NCBI GenBank assembly: GCA_030612025.1
Contig: JAUWOR010000001.1
Coordinates: forward strand, 135,234 to 199,233
Length of the DNA: 64,000 bases
Reading direction: 5' to 3'
From: Dehalococcoidia bacterium
GTDB lineage: Bacteria > Chloroflexota > Dehalococcoidia > GIF9 > AB-539-J10
The position numbers and the translations under genes are program-made. This document shows positions 20,446 to 30,351 of the stretch, piece by piece. The notes under the pieces were generated by a model. That model did no database searches, was not told the origin of the DNA, and was given only the letters and a program-made list of their open reading frames with translations. Numbering within the stretch: the first letter of the stretch is position 1; each line of letters starts with the position of its first letter.

Positions 20446-20763
20446 TCAGCCTCCTGTGCTTTTCAATTTATCAACAAAATCCAGGATTAAACTATCGAGA
20501 AACTTGATGAACTCGTCTTTATCGCCCATTACAGAATACTTGTTATCGTTTATTTTCTTTCTTATCTCCACCAAGAATTCATCCGCTATATCTGCCTCTT
20601 CAAGAATCTCAATTAATCTGCTCGCCCCGTCGATCAATCTGAATGGGCCATATAGCTTTGGTTCCTCAACACAGTTTCTTGCCGAGGTTACCAGAAAGGC
20701 GAGCAGATTAAAAAAATCACCTTTTAGTTGACCCTTATCTATTGTGCCAGTGGACGACTTCAC
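20446..20763 (-). CDS. DUF6092-like small protein
   Basis: LVTSAR..EPKLYGPFRLIDGASRL. Confidence 0.6.
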   Translation of the reverse strand: MKSSTGTIDKGQLKGDFFNLLAFLVTSARNCVEEPKLYGPFRLIDGASRLIEILEEADIADEFLVEIRKKINDNKYSVMGDKDEFIKFLDSLILDFVDKLKSTGG

Positions 20764-21250
20764 TAACTCCCCTTCTTCTTGGCGGTTTTGGTATCTTTTC
20801 AGGATAGCCCAATGTGATCAGCAGTTCTGGATTTATGTGCTCTGGCAGGTCAAATAACCTCTTTATGGCACTTATGCCAAAAGACCTTACGGTGCAAGAA
20901 CCGATTCCAAGGTCATGGCTAGCCAGCATGATGTTCTGGCTAGCCATGGAGATGTCCATTAGAGATAATGTGTCTCTGCCAAGTTCACCGCAAAGCTCAT
21001 ATGCTCTTTTCAAGTCCCTGCAGACGATTACTATCGCTGCCGGATTCCCAAATATCCCCGGCGAGAAAGTCTTTATCTTTTTGATGTCATCGTCATTCTC
21101 TACCACAATAAATTCCCACGCCTGGGCATTACCTCCAGAGGGAGACCAGATGGCAGCCTCCACTATCTTCTCAAGCTGTTCCTTGGGAATTTTTCTATCC
21201 TGGTAGCTTCTTACGCTTCTTCTCCCCTTTATGGCGTCAAAGGTTTTCAT
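20735..21250 (-). CDS. Nitroreductase-family flavoprotein
   Basis: RRSVRSY, SPSGGNAQAWEF, ASQNIMLASHDLGIGSC, ITLGYP. Confidence 0.9.
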   Translation of the reverse strand: MKTFDAIKGRRSVRSYQDRKIPKEQLEKIVEAAIWSPSGGNAQAWEFIVVENDDDIKKIKTFSPGIFGNPAAIVIVCRDLKRAYELCGELGRDTLSLMDISMASQNIMLASHDLGIGSCTVRSFGISAIKRLFDLPEHINPELLITLGYPEKIPKPPRRRGVSEVVHWHNR

Positions 21251-21284
21251 TAAATTCCCCCATGTGCCCAAGAAAAGGGTGAGT

Positions 21285-21686
21285 TTACACAATCAGTCGT
21301 GCTTTGGCCTCTCTTACTGCCTTGTAGAGGTTGAAAATGCTCCACAAAAGTGTAACTAGACAAACCGCGAACGCTACGTATGGAACTGCCGTCCCTACAC
21401 CTTCAGTGAAGAAAGGAGCCAAAAACATAGCACATCCAGTAAGCCCCAATGAGAGCACAATCCAGTTATGCTGTACGCATTTATTGCCAAGCTCCCATAA
21501 ATCTTCTTCCTTGCTAATGCGCGGGAATATCAATGCCATACCTACCAACTGGATTATACCTATCGCCAGATAGACAATCCCGGTAAAGACGTTTTGAGAC
21601 CATGCCACGGCTGCCAATACCAAAAGCACAATGGGAAAAATCAGGATTATGCCACTGGAAATTTTTACATATCTTTTGAATTCCAT
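21285..21686 (-). CDS. Hypothetical 4-TM membrane protein
   Basis: Four hydrophobic segments; operon-like spacing to neighbours. Confidence 0.7.
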   Translation of the reverse strand: MEFKRYVKISSGIILIFPIVLLVLAAVAWSQNVFTGIVYLAIGIIQLVGMALIFPRISKEEDLWELGNKCVQHNWIVLSLGLTGCAMFLAPFFTEGVGTAVPYVAFAVCLVTLLWSIFNLYKAVREAKARLIV

Positions 21687-21692
21687 TCTATA

Positions 21693-23060
21693 TCACGCTC
21701 CTGTCTTGTCTATTGTGTGTTCTCCCAGATCCATCTTTGCGCCAGCTTTGTCGCATGCGATGGCAATTACAATGTAAAGCACCACTCCAAGTATCAAGCA
21801 AGTAAGGCACATTATTCCCCAACTTTCAGGTATAACCCATTTACCTAGCACCGTTGCCAGAATAGCTGAAAACCATCCAATCCAGTTTACCTTACCAAAT
21901 TTCATGCCTGGCTGGAACTGATATCTCTCTCTAAGAGGCACTCCTTTGTACCAGCGGTACAACCAAAAGTCAGCGATCAAAACTCCACCCGCCGCAGGCA
22001 GGAATGTTCCGAGGAGCGTCAAAAATGCCATGAAGGGGTCCATAGCCGCCCCCCAAACACGTGCGATCACTGCCGCTAGCGCTACGCCTATTGCCCCGGC
22101 AATGAGGACGATGTACTTCCTTTGAATGGGTAACCATAGATTTATAGCTAGGGAGGTGCTATATATATTGTTGTCATTGGTTGACCATTGCCCTAGAATC
22201 GCCATCAGGAATGCACCGATACCGGCTCCGGCAGCAAGCAACGCCCCGGCAATATTCGCCTCACCTGTTACCAAGGTTATCGCGGCTGCCCCTGAAAGCA
22301 TGTAAACCTGCAAAATCATAAGTTGAATTGTCCATGCTGCAGCACCATGCCAAATCTTTTTCGCGAACCGACAGATATCGGCTGTAATGATAGCTCCCAC
22401 AACATACATACCGACAACTTCGGTCACACCTACACCAAAGGGAACTGGGCTTACTGGTGCGATACTGGCAAGTCCGGCGAAGCCGCCCCCCTGTTGCACG
22501 CCTATCATGACTCCGAAGCCTGCGAGCAACATAAAGAAAGGGACCGCTAAATAACTGAAAAATGCCAGACCTCTAAAACCGATGTAGGCTGTAATTAGCA
22601 TTAATATGCCGCCCCATATTGAGGCCCAAAACACAGTAGCCCACGGTGCCTCGGGGAAAATGGTGCTCATGATAACGCCAAACAGCCACGTCTGTACAGT
22701 GAACCAACCAAGGGCAGGTATACCAGAAACAATTGTCCCCCACACTTGTGAACCTACATTTCCAAATGCGGGTCTCAAGTTTACATATGTAGAGCATCTA
22801 GAGATTCCACCAATTGGAGCCGTAAGCCCTCCTATAACTGCCAATATCGCCGAACCCACAACCGCAACCCATATCGCATCCTTGAGATAAAACTGCAGAC
22901 CGAGTACTGACCCTCCCCATAGCGCGGCGATACAACACAACACACCTGTATAGGTATAAAACATGGTAAGAAGAGACCTAGTCTCTTTCTTTGGTACAGG
23001 CACCAGTGCGTAATCGCCATACTTATCTTCCCAGGGCCAAACTTCTTTATTCTTTCTCAT
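21693..23060 (-). CDS. NCS1/cytosine-purine permease (CodB-like)
   Basis: DYALVPVP, LGWFTVQ, ADICRFAK, QWSTNDNNIYS; about 12 TM. Confidence 0.9.
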   Translation of the reverse strand: MRKNKEVWPWEDKYGDYALVPVPKKETRSLLTMFYTYTGVLCCIAALWGGSVLGLQFYLKDAIWVAVVGSAILAVIGGLTAPIGGISRCSTYVNLRPAFGNVGSQVWGTIVSGIPALGWFTVQTWLFGVIMSTIFPEAPWATVFWASIWGGILMLITAYIGFRGLAFFSYLAVPFFMLLAGFGVMIGVQQGGGFAGLASIAPVSPVPFGVGVTEVVGMYVVGAIITADICRFAKKIWHGAAAWTIQLMILQVYMLSGAAAITLVTGEANIAGALLAAGAGIGAFLMAILGQWSTNDNNIYSTSLAINLWLPIQRKYIVLIAGAIGVALAAVIARVWGAAMDPFMAFLTLLGTFLPAAGGVLIADFWLYRWYKGVPLRERYQFQPGMKFGKVNWIGWFSAILATVLGKWVIPESWGIMCLTCLILGVVLYIVIAIACDKAGAKMDLGEHTIDKTGA

Positions 23061-23169
23061 GTTAACACCTCTTCAATTAGTTCTCGTTTTTCCCTTCCTT
23101 CCCTGACAGTCCCTTCACCATCTTAGTAGCTACCTATTATGTTTTTTATATCTACATCTTAATCTATCA

Positions 23170-23901
23170 TCACAACCTCCCCAATATATTCCTTTCTTTA
23201 TCCGGCGGAGGCATATATGTTTTTTTGCTCTGCTTCAAACCGAGGGCTATTAGCATCTCGAGATATTTTACCGCGACTGCCACGGGATATATTACCGGGA
23301 CTCCATAACCTTTCTTCTTCAGGGCGTCCGATAAATCATCTGCTACCCCAAGCATCCCTGTGCACCCTAAGACGATAGCATGCGCACCATCCTCCGCTAT
23401 TGCCTTTATTGACTCGTCAACTAAAGCGCTTGTCAGCTTTTTGACATCCGTTAGATCAAGAACTGGTATGTTAATAAATCTTACAGATGCCAGCTTGCTG
23501 CCCAATCCAACTTCCATAACCCTATTTTCGAAAACTGTCAATGCGTTCTCCAATACGGTTACAATAGAGAATCTGTGTGCCAAATCCGCAGCACAAAGCA
23601 TGGATATACTGCCAGGACCTACCACCGGGATATCAAGTTTTTCTCTCAGTGCATCCAGAGCAGGATCACACATACAGTCTGTAATTACCCCATCGAAACC
23701 ATCGGACTGGGCCTTCTCTGCCACCTTTATGATTCCGGGAGCAACCAGCATCTCATCATAGCTCGATTCTATCGATGCCGTCCCATATTCGATAGCTTCA
23801 ACATCAATTTCTGTGCCTTTAGAGGCAAACTTTTCTACCTCTTCTCGAGTGGGTGCTACAAATTCTTTTGTCGTTACCGGCACTATTACCTTAATTTTCA
23901 T
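23170..23901 (-). CDS. Asp/Glu/hydantoin racemase family
   Basis: SIESSYDE, DCMCDPALDALRE, IVLGCTGM. Confidence 0.88.
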   Translation of the reverse strand: MKIKVIVPVTTKEFVAPTREEVEKFASKGTEIDVEAIEYGTASIESSYDEMLVAPGIIKVAEKAQSDGFDGVITDCMCDPALDALREKLDIPVVGPGSISMLCAADLAHRFSIVTVLENALTVFENRVMEVGLGSKLASVRFINIPVLDLTDVKKLTSALVDESIKAIAEDGAHAIVLGCTGMLGVADDLSDALKKKGYGVPVIYPVAVAVKYLEMLIALGLKQSKKTYMPPPDKERNILGRL

Positions 23902-24010
23902 GCTGATTCATCCCTTGCTTGCTCTCCTGTTATCTTTTCACCTCAAATTCGTACTTCAACTCTATAGTAGGAAATAAGATATAAGAGGAAACTTCATGCA
24001 GTTTTCCTCA

Positions 24011-25048
24011 TTACCCTACCGGAACATACCCACCTTTATATCCGATACTTTCAAGGACATGCTTAAATACTTGGAATCCTTCAGGCGGCCTCCACTTCTC
24101 GTGGGCTTTTTTCCCTATTACTGCTACATCCATTCCTTCCGCTACGTCCGCATTTGTAAGAGGTTCTCCATCTGTTCTCAACCAACAGATAGAGTCAGGC
24201 ACTGTTACCAGTGGCTTGTCCTTTCTCCATGCCATCATATTCTCGTTTTTGTAGTCCACAATGATGTCTTCTACAAAGACCCTACCATAATCAAAGCCTG
24301 CCTTAACCTCTTCCGTCTTCTTGGCAATCTTCCCCCTGGCAAGTACAATACCATCTATAGCTTCTGTTGCTGCCTCGACCACATCTCTTCCAGATGCTTT
24401 TGCTTCTCTTATACCTTTTCCCACTTTCTCTGCTAGCGACAGTGCACCTGGTATCACCACCTCTTTAAGTTGTTTTCCTGTCATTAGATGACAGGCTAAC
24501 CCAGCAGTCATACCAAATACTGTGGTTACCGCCCTGCCCAGCTCTTCACCCATGTAGGCATCAGTTACGTATAGAATGGCAGAATTCCCTTTTGAATCTG
24601 CCAGCGAAATTGGAGAAACAGGAATGCCGTGAATATAAAACATGGTCATTTCCAGTTCTGGTACCGCTCTTCCAGCACCATCACCGTCTACGACCGGCAA
24701 ACCTTTAACAGCCCCCGCATGTAATGGAGTCACAGAATTAAAACCGCCCGTTTCTACAGGAACCACGTAGTCTATTTTCTTGCCTGTCACCTCCGCCAAT
24801 CTTTCCAGTGCGGGTACCTCTTCTCCCTTCCACCCTTCCTTAAGCAGGACAACAGGGGAGCCCATGCCAGCCACAACAGCCACCGCACTATCATCAGGTA
24901 CGTCGCCCGGTTCAACCAAAATAACCTCTCTTATTTCTTCTACAAGTTGTAAACCTGTTCTTGAAGATCCACCTCCACCCGCCCCGAGTAGTGTTGCTCC
25001 TCTTATTATGTCCTCTATTTCTTGTTGGTGTAATATTCTCTTCATCAC
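24011..25048 (-). CDS. DUF917 / S-methyl-thiohydantoin-desulfurase-like protein
   Basis: GATLLGAGGGG, GMGSP, ETGGFNS, DGDGAGRAVPEL, NENM, VPDSI. Confidence 0.85.
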   Translation of the reverse strand: MMKRILHQQEIEDIIRGATLLGAGGGGSSRTGLQLVEEIREVILVEPGDVPDDSAVAVVAGMGSPVVLLKEGWKGEEVPALERLAEVTGKKIDYVVPVETGGFNSVTPLHAGAVKGLPVVDGDGAGRAVPELEMTMFYIHGIPVSPISLADSKGNSAILYVTDAYMGEELGRAVTTVFGMTAGLACHLMTGKQLKEVVIPGALSLAEKVGKGIREAKASGRDVVEAATEAIDGIVLARGKIAKKTEEVKAGFDYGRVFVEDIIVDYKNENMMAWRKDKPLVTVPDSICWLRTDGEPLTNADVAEGMDVAVIGKKAHEKWRPPEGFQVFKHVLESIGYKGGYVPVG

Positions 25049-25201
25049 TTCCCTCCTTCAAGAAATATGCCTGTTTCGGTTTTAACATGAACACTAGAGT
25101 AAGTCAAGAGGGTGTACTCGTTCATTGATTAGTTACACTTTAGCTCCTTTCAACTTCAGCTTGGCATTAAATAAATTTTTCCTCGATATGCCTCACCCCC
25201 T

Positions 25202-26287
25202 TTATAACAAGGTTAGATAATCACCCTTGTAGCCTAGTCTCACCAATATATGTTTCCAGCAATTAAATCCGTCGGGGGTTCTCCTCCAGGGTTCCGGGGC
25301 AGAAATTCCCAAAATAGCTATTTCCATACCTTCCTTGGTATCTGCATTTGTAACAGGCTCTCCTGCGGTTGTCATCATAGCTATCAAGTCAGGAACCATT
25401 ATTACCGGCTTTTCATCTTGCCAGGCAATCATATTCTCGTTGACTGAGTCTATAATGAATATTTTGCCTTGGTAATTTGTAATACCCTCGATAGTTGTCC
25501 GGCCAATGTCAAACCCTTCAGCTGTTCTTGTCTCAATTTTCTTGATATTGCCCCTAAAAATCTCTTTCCCCCCAGTAATGCTTATAACCTCTTTCACAGT
25601 GTCCCTGCCGCTAGCTTTTGCTTTTCTTATCGCCTTGCCTACTTCTTCACATTTCGAAATAGAGTTTGGCACAAGGCAATTTCTTATAGTGGCAATGTCA
25701 ACTATCCAGGTGGCAAATGCGGCTAACATTCCGAACGAGACTGCCGCGGTTCTAGCCATCTTCTCTGCTGAGGCAGTATCAAGCGGGTCTTTTAAGTATG
25801 CCACCAGAACATCCCCGGCCTTATTGGCAACCACCAGCGGGCTAGTAGGAATCCTGTATATGGGATAAAGCCCGGTGCTTAGCTCGGGAACAGCACGTCC
25901 ATTACCATCAGCATCAACAACAGGGATGCCTTTTTGTGATGCTACATAAAGTGGTGTCATGGTATTGAGACCACCAATTTCACCTGGCATCAAATAAGCT
26001 AGATTGATTCCCCCTACGGCAGCCATATTCCTGATTGCTTCATAGGCAAATATAGCCTCAGGACCGAAGCCCCTTTCAATCATGACTTTTGGGGAGCCTA
26101 TCCCAGCTACTACCACTGCATTGGCTCTATCTGGCAAGTCTTCTATATTAAACATTTCTATTTCATTTTCTATTTGTTTAACAAGATTTAAGCCATCACG
26201 AGGAGAACCACCTCCGCCAGCACCAAAAATTGTTGAACCCCAGACTATATCCTCTAGCGCTGTTTTCCCTAATAACCTCCTTGCCAT
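25202..26287 (-). CDS. DUF917 / S-methyl-thiohydantoin-desulfurase-like protein, paralogue
   Basis: GAGGGGSP, EIGGLNT, DADGNGRAVPEL, NENM, VPDLI. Confidence 0.85.
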   Translation of the reverse strand: MARRLLGKTALEDIVWGSTIFGAGGGGSPRDGLNLVKQIENEIEMFNIEDLPDRANAVVVAGIGSPKVMIERGFGPEAIFAYEAIRNMAAVGGINLAYLMPGEIGGLNTMTPLYVASQKGIPVVDADGNGRAVPELSTGLYPIYRIPTSPLVVANKAGDVLVAYLKDPLDTASAEKMARTAAVSFGMLAAFATWIVDIATIRNCLVPNSISKCEEVGKAIRKAKASGRDTVKEVISITGGKEIFRGNIKKIETRTAEGFDIGRTTIEGITNYQGKIFIIDSVNENMIAWQDEKPVIMVPDLIAMMTTAGEPVTNADTKEGMEIAILGISAPEPWRRTPDGFNCWKHILVRLGYKGDYLTLL

Positions 26288-26740
26288 TTTATACCTCCTA
26301 AATCAGATGCTTTCCATCCTTAATTCCGGTTTTACCATCAATTACTAGAGTTGGATTTCCCATAATCCCATCCAGACGCGCTGGTGCTTTTACCTTGCCA
26401 CCAATTGTGCTGTTATCTCCTATAGCTATTTTGTCGCCTCTATCCTTGCCGCTTCTACCATTGCATCTGCCTTCAGTTTAGTTAATCACCTTATTATCTC
26501 TACCTTATAATCTCCTCTTAGCACAAGAGGCTAATTTAAACACTAACAAAATGTACTGTAAGTTGTAAAGAAAGATGGTTGAATTTTTATATTGAACTAA
26601 TTAGAGACGCCCATCATGCGATGGGCCAGCTAAATATGAAGGTAGTTAGAGGCTCCTGCGATTCTAGATAACTTAGTAGCATCGCTGTCTTCATTTAATG
26701 CCAAAAATTATAAACGCTACTCCAATTTTAGGCAAGCATA

Positions 26741-27412
26741 TTAGGCTAATAAATAAGATTTTAGCTCAGTTAAGTTGCTAATAGACTCCTGATGGTCATC
26801 CCCTGCTCTATCAATATGGAAAGCGTTTATACCCACCTGCTTGGGGTTAAGAAAATCGAATTGCCAGTTATCGCCTACATGGACAACCTGACTTGGCTTG
26901 ACATTCATCGCCTGGCACATCTGGAGATAAAAAGCGGGGGTCTTTAATTGCCTATAATGCGAGGTTGAAGAAAAAACCTGAGTAAAATAAGGTTCCACAT
27001 CCGGTAATAAATAATGCAACAGTTCCAATGGCGTGCCTGAGGCAATGATTAACTTATATTGATTAGCTAAAGAGGAAAGGACTTCTGTTACCTCAGGATA
27101 ATAGAATACTTTATCCTGGCAACTTTGTATCACTGGTTCAGGAGCGCCTAAGTGCAAATACCTAAACCAGTAGTTTATATCATACCACTCCAGCCTTTGG
27201 TCACCGATTCTATCATACTCCATAGCCACGATTTCCTTCGCCTGGACAAGCTCAATGCCTTTCTTTTGGGCATAAATGGCTGGTATAGCCTCATGCCAAA
27301 CAGCCTGACTGAAATCAGGCGTCACTAGCGTTCCTTCGGCATCAAAGGAGACTATTCTGATACACCCTGGAAAAATTCCATCTCTCAGGTGACCCCAACC
27401 AATTTGGTTCAT
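26741..27412 (-). CDS. HAD-family hydrolase (start uncertain; possible 5' frameshift near 27363)
   Basis: SFDAEGTL motif I, VHVGDNWQFD motif IV. Confidence 0.85.
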   Translation of the reverse strand: MNQIGWGHLRDGIFPGCIRIVSFDAEGTLVTPDFSQAVWHEAIPAIYAQKKGIELVQAKEIVAMEYDRIGDQRLEWYDINYWFRYLHLGAPEPVIQSCQDKVFYYPEVTEVLSSLANQYKLIIASGTPLELLHYLLPDVEPYFTQVFSSTSHYRQLKTPAFYLQMCQAMNVKPSQVVHVGDNWQFDFLNPKQVGINAFHIDRAGDDHQESISNLTELKSYLLA

Positions 27413-27699
27413 TTAAGTTGCTAATATTAGCATAATTAGAAGCCAGAGGTCTATTTGCTAACTTATGCTTAGCAAAGGTAAAATAGCTTGAGGGAGTTAT
27501 GATGAAGGGTTTTTTGAACTTAAACCGCTTCAAACATGGCAGGGCGATAAAGCAAGGTAGTAAACAAAAGGCTAATCTGCAAGGCAAGAAGAAAGTTAAA
27601 GGAAAAGTGTTTAAACTGTCACCCTGAGCGCTAGCGAAGGGTCTAGATTCTTCGCGGAGCCTGTTCTGAGCGGCGTGAGATTCTTCGCTACACTCAGAA

Positions 27700-27833
27700 G
27701 AGACCGTTTAAAAATGTAGTTGCCTGATTTATCAGGCACAGTCGCCCAATAAATTGGGCAACTACAAAAATTTGGGGGTGAAACGCCTCTGAGATGGCTG
27801 AAATTGAACGGGGAATCAAAATTAAACAGCATG
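27700..27833. mobile_element. REP-carrying MITE-like element inserted into a GTCA..CAGAATGACA-type palindrome
   Basis: TIR GAGACCGTTTAA / TTAAACAGCATG; TCAGAA on both sides. Confidence 0.75.
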
Positions 27834-27917
27834 TCAGAATGACAGGAGGCGAAGGGCTCAAAATAACAAGGCCACAGGCAAAATTAAAGAGCTTCTCAGA
27901 GGAAAGGGGTAAATTTT

Positions 27918-28277
27918 GTGGCTAAGATAGATAAGCTTAGCTTTGGCTCTATAGTTATCGATGGTAAGAAGTACTCTCAAGATGTCCTCATCTTCGCCGA
28001 TGGCATGGTAAAGAAAAGAAAGGGCGGCTTTTTAATGTTTGGCAGCCACGGTATCAAAAAAGAAGAAATCGAAGAACTGGCCGAGGATAGTCCTGAGGCA
28101 GTAATCATCGGCACTGGCACTAGCGGCAAAGCCAGTTTAGCCCCTGAGGTAGAGGACTGGGCCAAGGAAAAGAATTTGAACCTGATAGTTCAACCATCCC
28201 ACAAAGCTGTAGCCAAGCTGAATGAACTTATAGAGCAGAAGAAAAAGGTTGCCGCCTTGATTCACATAACCTGCTAG
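27918..28277 (+). CDS. Mth938-like domain protein
   Basis: FGSIVIDGKKY, VIIGTG, C-terminal AALIHITC. Confidence 0.85.
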   Translation: MAKIDKLSFGSIVIDGKKYSQDVLIFADGMVKKRKGGFLMFGSHGIKKEEIEELAEDSPEAVIIGTGTSGKASLAPEVEDWAKEKNLNLIVQPSHKAVAKLNELIEQKKKVAALIHITC

Positions 28278-28286
28278 TGGGGGGAT

Positions 28287-28613
28287 TTATTCGAATTCGC
28301 CCTTCCCCATGGCCACAAATATAACAGCTGGTACCCCTAGAAACCAGGGGCCGAAGAGGGAGCAAATACATCCGGCAAGCGCTAACCCCCAAATTTTTCT
28401 TCTCAGGGCATAAATACCGCCTACTATGGCTACTATCCCTAGTATAATTATGGGAATAGCAATAATACCAAAAATCCGAGGCATAATTGGGACAGCTGGC
28501 AGCCTTGCGATGGTTCCTCCCACTACGGCGGCTACTATGCCGCCGATCGTTTGCATGGCTCCGGCAATAATGCTCAGGATCCCTGCAGTTGTCGGTTTCC
28601 AAGTCTTCTCCAT
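28287..28613 (-). CDS. Small hypothetical membrane protein
   Basis: MEKTWKPTTAGILSIIAG; 3-4 TM; RBS present. Confidence 0.75.
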   Translation of the reverse strand: MEKTWKPTTAGILSIIAGAMQTIGGIVAAVVGGTIARLPAVPIMPRIFGIIAIPIIILGIVAIVGGIYALRRKIWGLALAGCICSLFGPWFLGVPAVIFVAMGKGEFE

Positions 28614-28636
28614 TTCTCACTCCTCCCTACTTTTTA

Positions 28637-28801
28637 GAGGCCGTTTAATTTTGCCTCATCCAGTTTTAATACTCTTCACCTCCAAGATTTTCGTAGTGCG
28701 ACCCTTTAGGGTCGTGCACGAGGCTACCCCGTGTAGTAATCTTCGCTACTACACAGGGCTAAAGCCTCGCACTACATTTTTAAACACCTTTAAACACCCT
28801 C
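28637..28801. mobile_element. REP-carrying MITE-like element with a nested 30-bp insert
   Basis: TIR GAGGCCGTTTAA / TTAAACACCCTC; perfect TSD TTTTA. Confidence 0.8.
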
Positions 28802-28971
28802 TTTTAGTAAGGATATTCTTAATAGCATCTCGTTGTCAATATCCAAGAAAACCCAGATGGCGTCGTAGCTGTGGGGTTTTAGACCTGTTCTCCGCCTAAT
28901 TACGTAGCTATGGGTCTAAAAGACCCATAGGTCGAGGCTTCAGCCCCGACCCTACGATTAGTTTATATTGT

Positions 28972-30321
28972 TCAAGGTTGAAGCTCTTTGACCATATAAG
29001 CGATTTCTAATCTATAGCCAAGTGAGCGAAAGTAATCTCTACTTCCAACGCCACTCAAAACACTCAGCTTCCCAGCAAGGAATTCCTCCCGAGCAATTCT
29101 CTCTGCTTCTCGAAGCAACTTTTCCCCTAAACCCCTGTGCTGAGCAGCCCGCTCTCGCTTTTCCCCTAAGGGGACCTCAGAACCAAAGACATGTAGCTCC
29201 CTGATTAAAGCTGAGCCAATATTGATCCTGAGCCTTAATAAGCCAAATAAGGTCTCATTGGCATCCTCGTAGGAAAGAAAAATTTCCTTCCCTCCGTAAG
29301 TTTCATAGTCCATCCTGAATAGCCAAGGCTCGCCAATCATCCAGCCATCCCTTAACCTATGCCCATATTCCCGACAGCGAATACAGCGACAATGAAGGCC
29401 CAACTCGCTCATCCGCTTCCTGACGCTCCCCCGCAACGCCAGGTCTCTGCTGCCAGCAATGATAAATTTGCTGGGGATATCCCGCATCAGCCTGGGTATT
29501 CTGACATATTTGGGAATCAGGGTTTTGATATTCACCAGTAAATCTATCATCTCCCCATCCTCATAAGGCTGGTATTTGTTATCTCGATACCATTCCTCTA
29601 GCTCACTTCCTACAACCACCAGCGTAGGGTAAAGCTTGAGCCCATCGGGTCGGAAATATTCATCAGCGAATAATTTCCGTGATAGCTCCAGGTCATGCTC
29701 CGGCGTCGAGCCAGGCAGACCAGGCATCCAATGATAGTAGACCTTAAAGCCATAATCCCTCAGTAACCTGGTGGCAGAGATGACCTCAGCTACTCCATGC
29801 CCTCTCTTCGTTAAACGGTGAATGTCATCATCCAGCGTCTGTACCCCAAGCTCCACCCTGGTAGTGCCAAAATCAAGCATACTCTTTATCTCCACCTCTC
29901 CACACCAATCAGGCCTGGTCTCAATACATAATCCCACACAGCGACGCTCAGCAGTTTCATTCATTTTCTTGGCTTCCTCTAAGTTAGCCGAAGGAACACC
30001 ATTGAGAGCATCATAGCAGTCCTTAACAAATTGATATTGATACTCACAAGGGTAAGCTAGAAAGGTGCCTCCCATGATGATGAGCTCTATTTTATCCACT
30101 GGATGTCCCATATCAGCCAATGTCCTGAGCCGGAACTCCACTTGCCTTTTGGCATCAAAGTTACATTTCCTGGCGCGAAGAACCGCCGGAGATTCTATGG
30201 TGTAGCTCTTTGGTGCTTCAGGAGAGCTGGGGCAATAAACGCATTTGCCAGGGCAGGGGAATGGCTTGGCCATAACCGCCACCGGTGTTACCCCGGAAAT
30301 AGTGCGCGATATTTTCTTCAT
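28972..30321 (-). CDS. elp3: Elp3 radical SAM/KAT tRNA U34 carboxymethyltransferase
   Basis: SGVTPVAVM, CPGKCVYCP, GGTF, ETRPDW, RVELGVQT, CIRCRE, RELHVFG, QHRGLG. Confidence 0.93.
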   Translation of the reverse strand: MKKISRTISGVTPVAVMAKPFPCPGKCVYCPSSPEAPKSYTIESPAVLRARKCNFDAKRQVEFRLRTLADMGHPVDKIELIIMGGTFLAYPCEYQYQFVKDCYDALNGVPSANLEEAKKMNETAERRCVGLCIETRPDWCGEVEIKSMLDFGTTRVELGVQTLDDDIHRLTKRGHGVAEVISATRLLRDYGFKVYYHWMPGLPGSTPEHDLELSRKLFADEYFRPDGLKLYPTLVVVGSELEEWYRDNKYQPYEDGEMIDLLVNIKTLIPKYVRIPRLMRDIPSKFIIAGSRDLALRGSVRKRMSELGLHCRCIRCREYGHRLRDGWMIGEPWLFRMDYETYGGKEIFLSYEDANETLFGLLRLRINIGSALIRELHVFGSEVPLGEKRERAAQHRGLGEKLLREAERIAREEFLAGKLSVLSGVGSRDYFRSLGYRLEIAYMVKELQP

Positions 30322-30351
30322 GCTACACTAAAGTTTAGCAGAGCTTATTCT

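Noticed and set aside
30103-30351. N-terminal extension of the methyltransferase ORF
   Set aside because: Overlaps elp3 antisense; family similarity starts at ATG 30352
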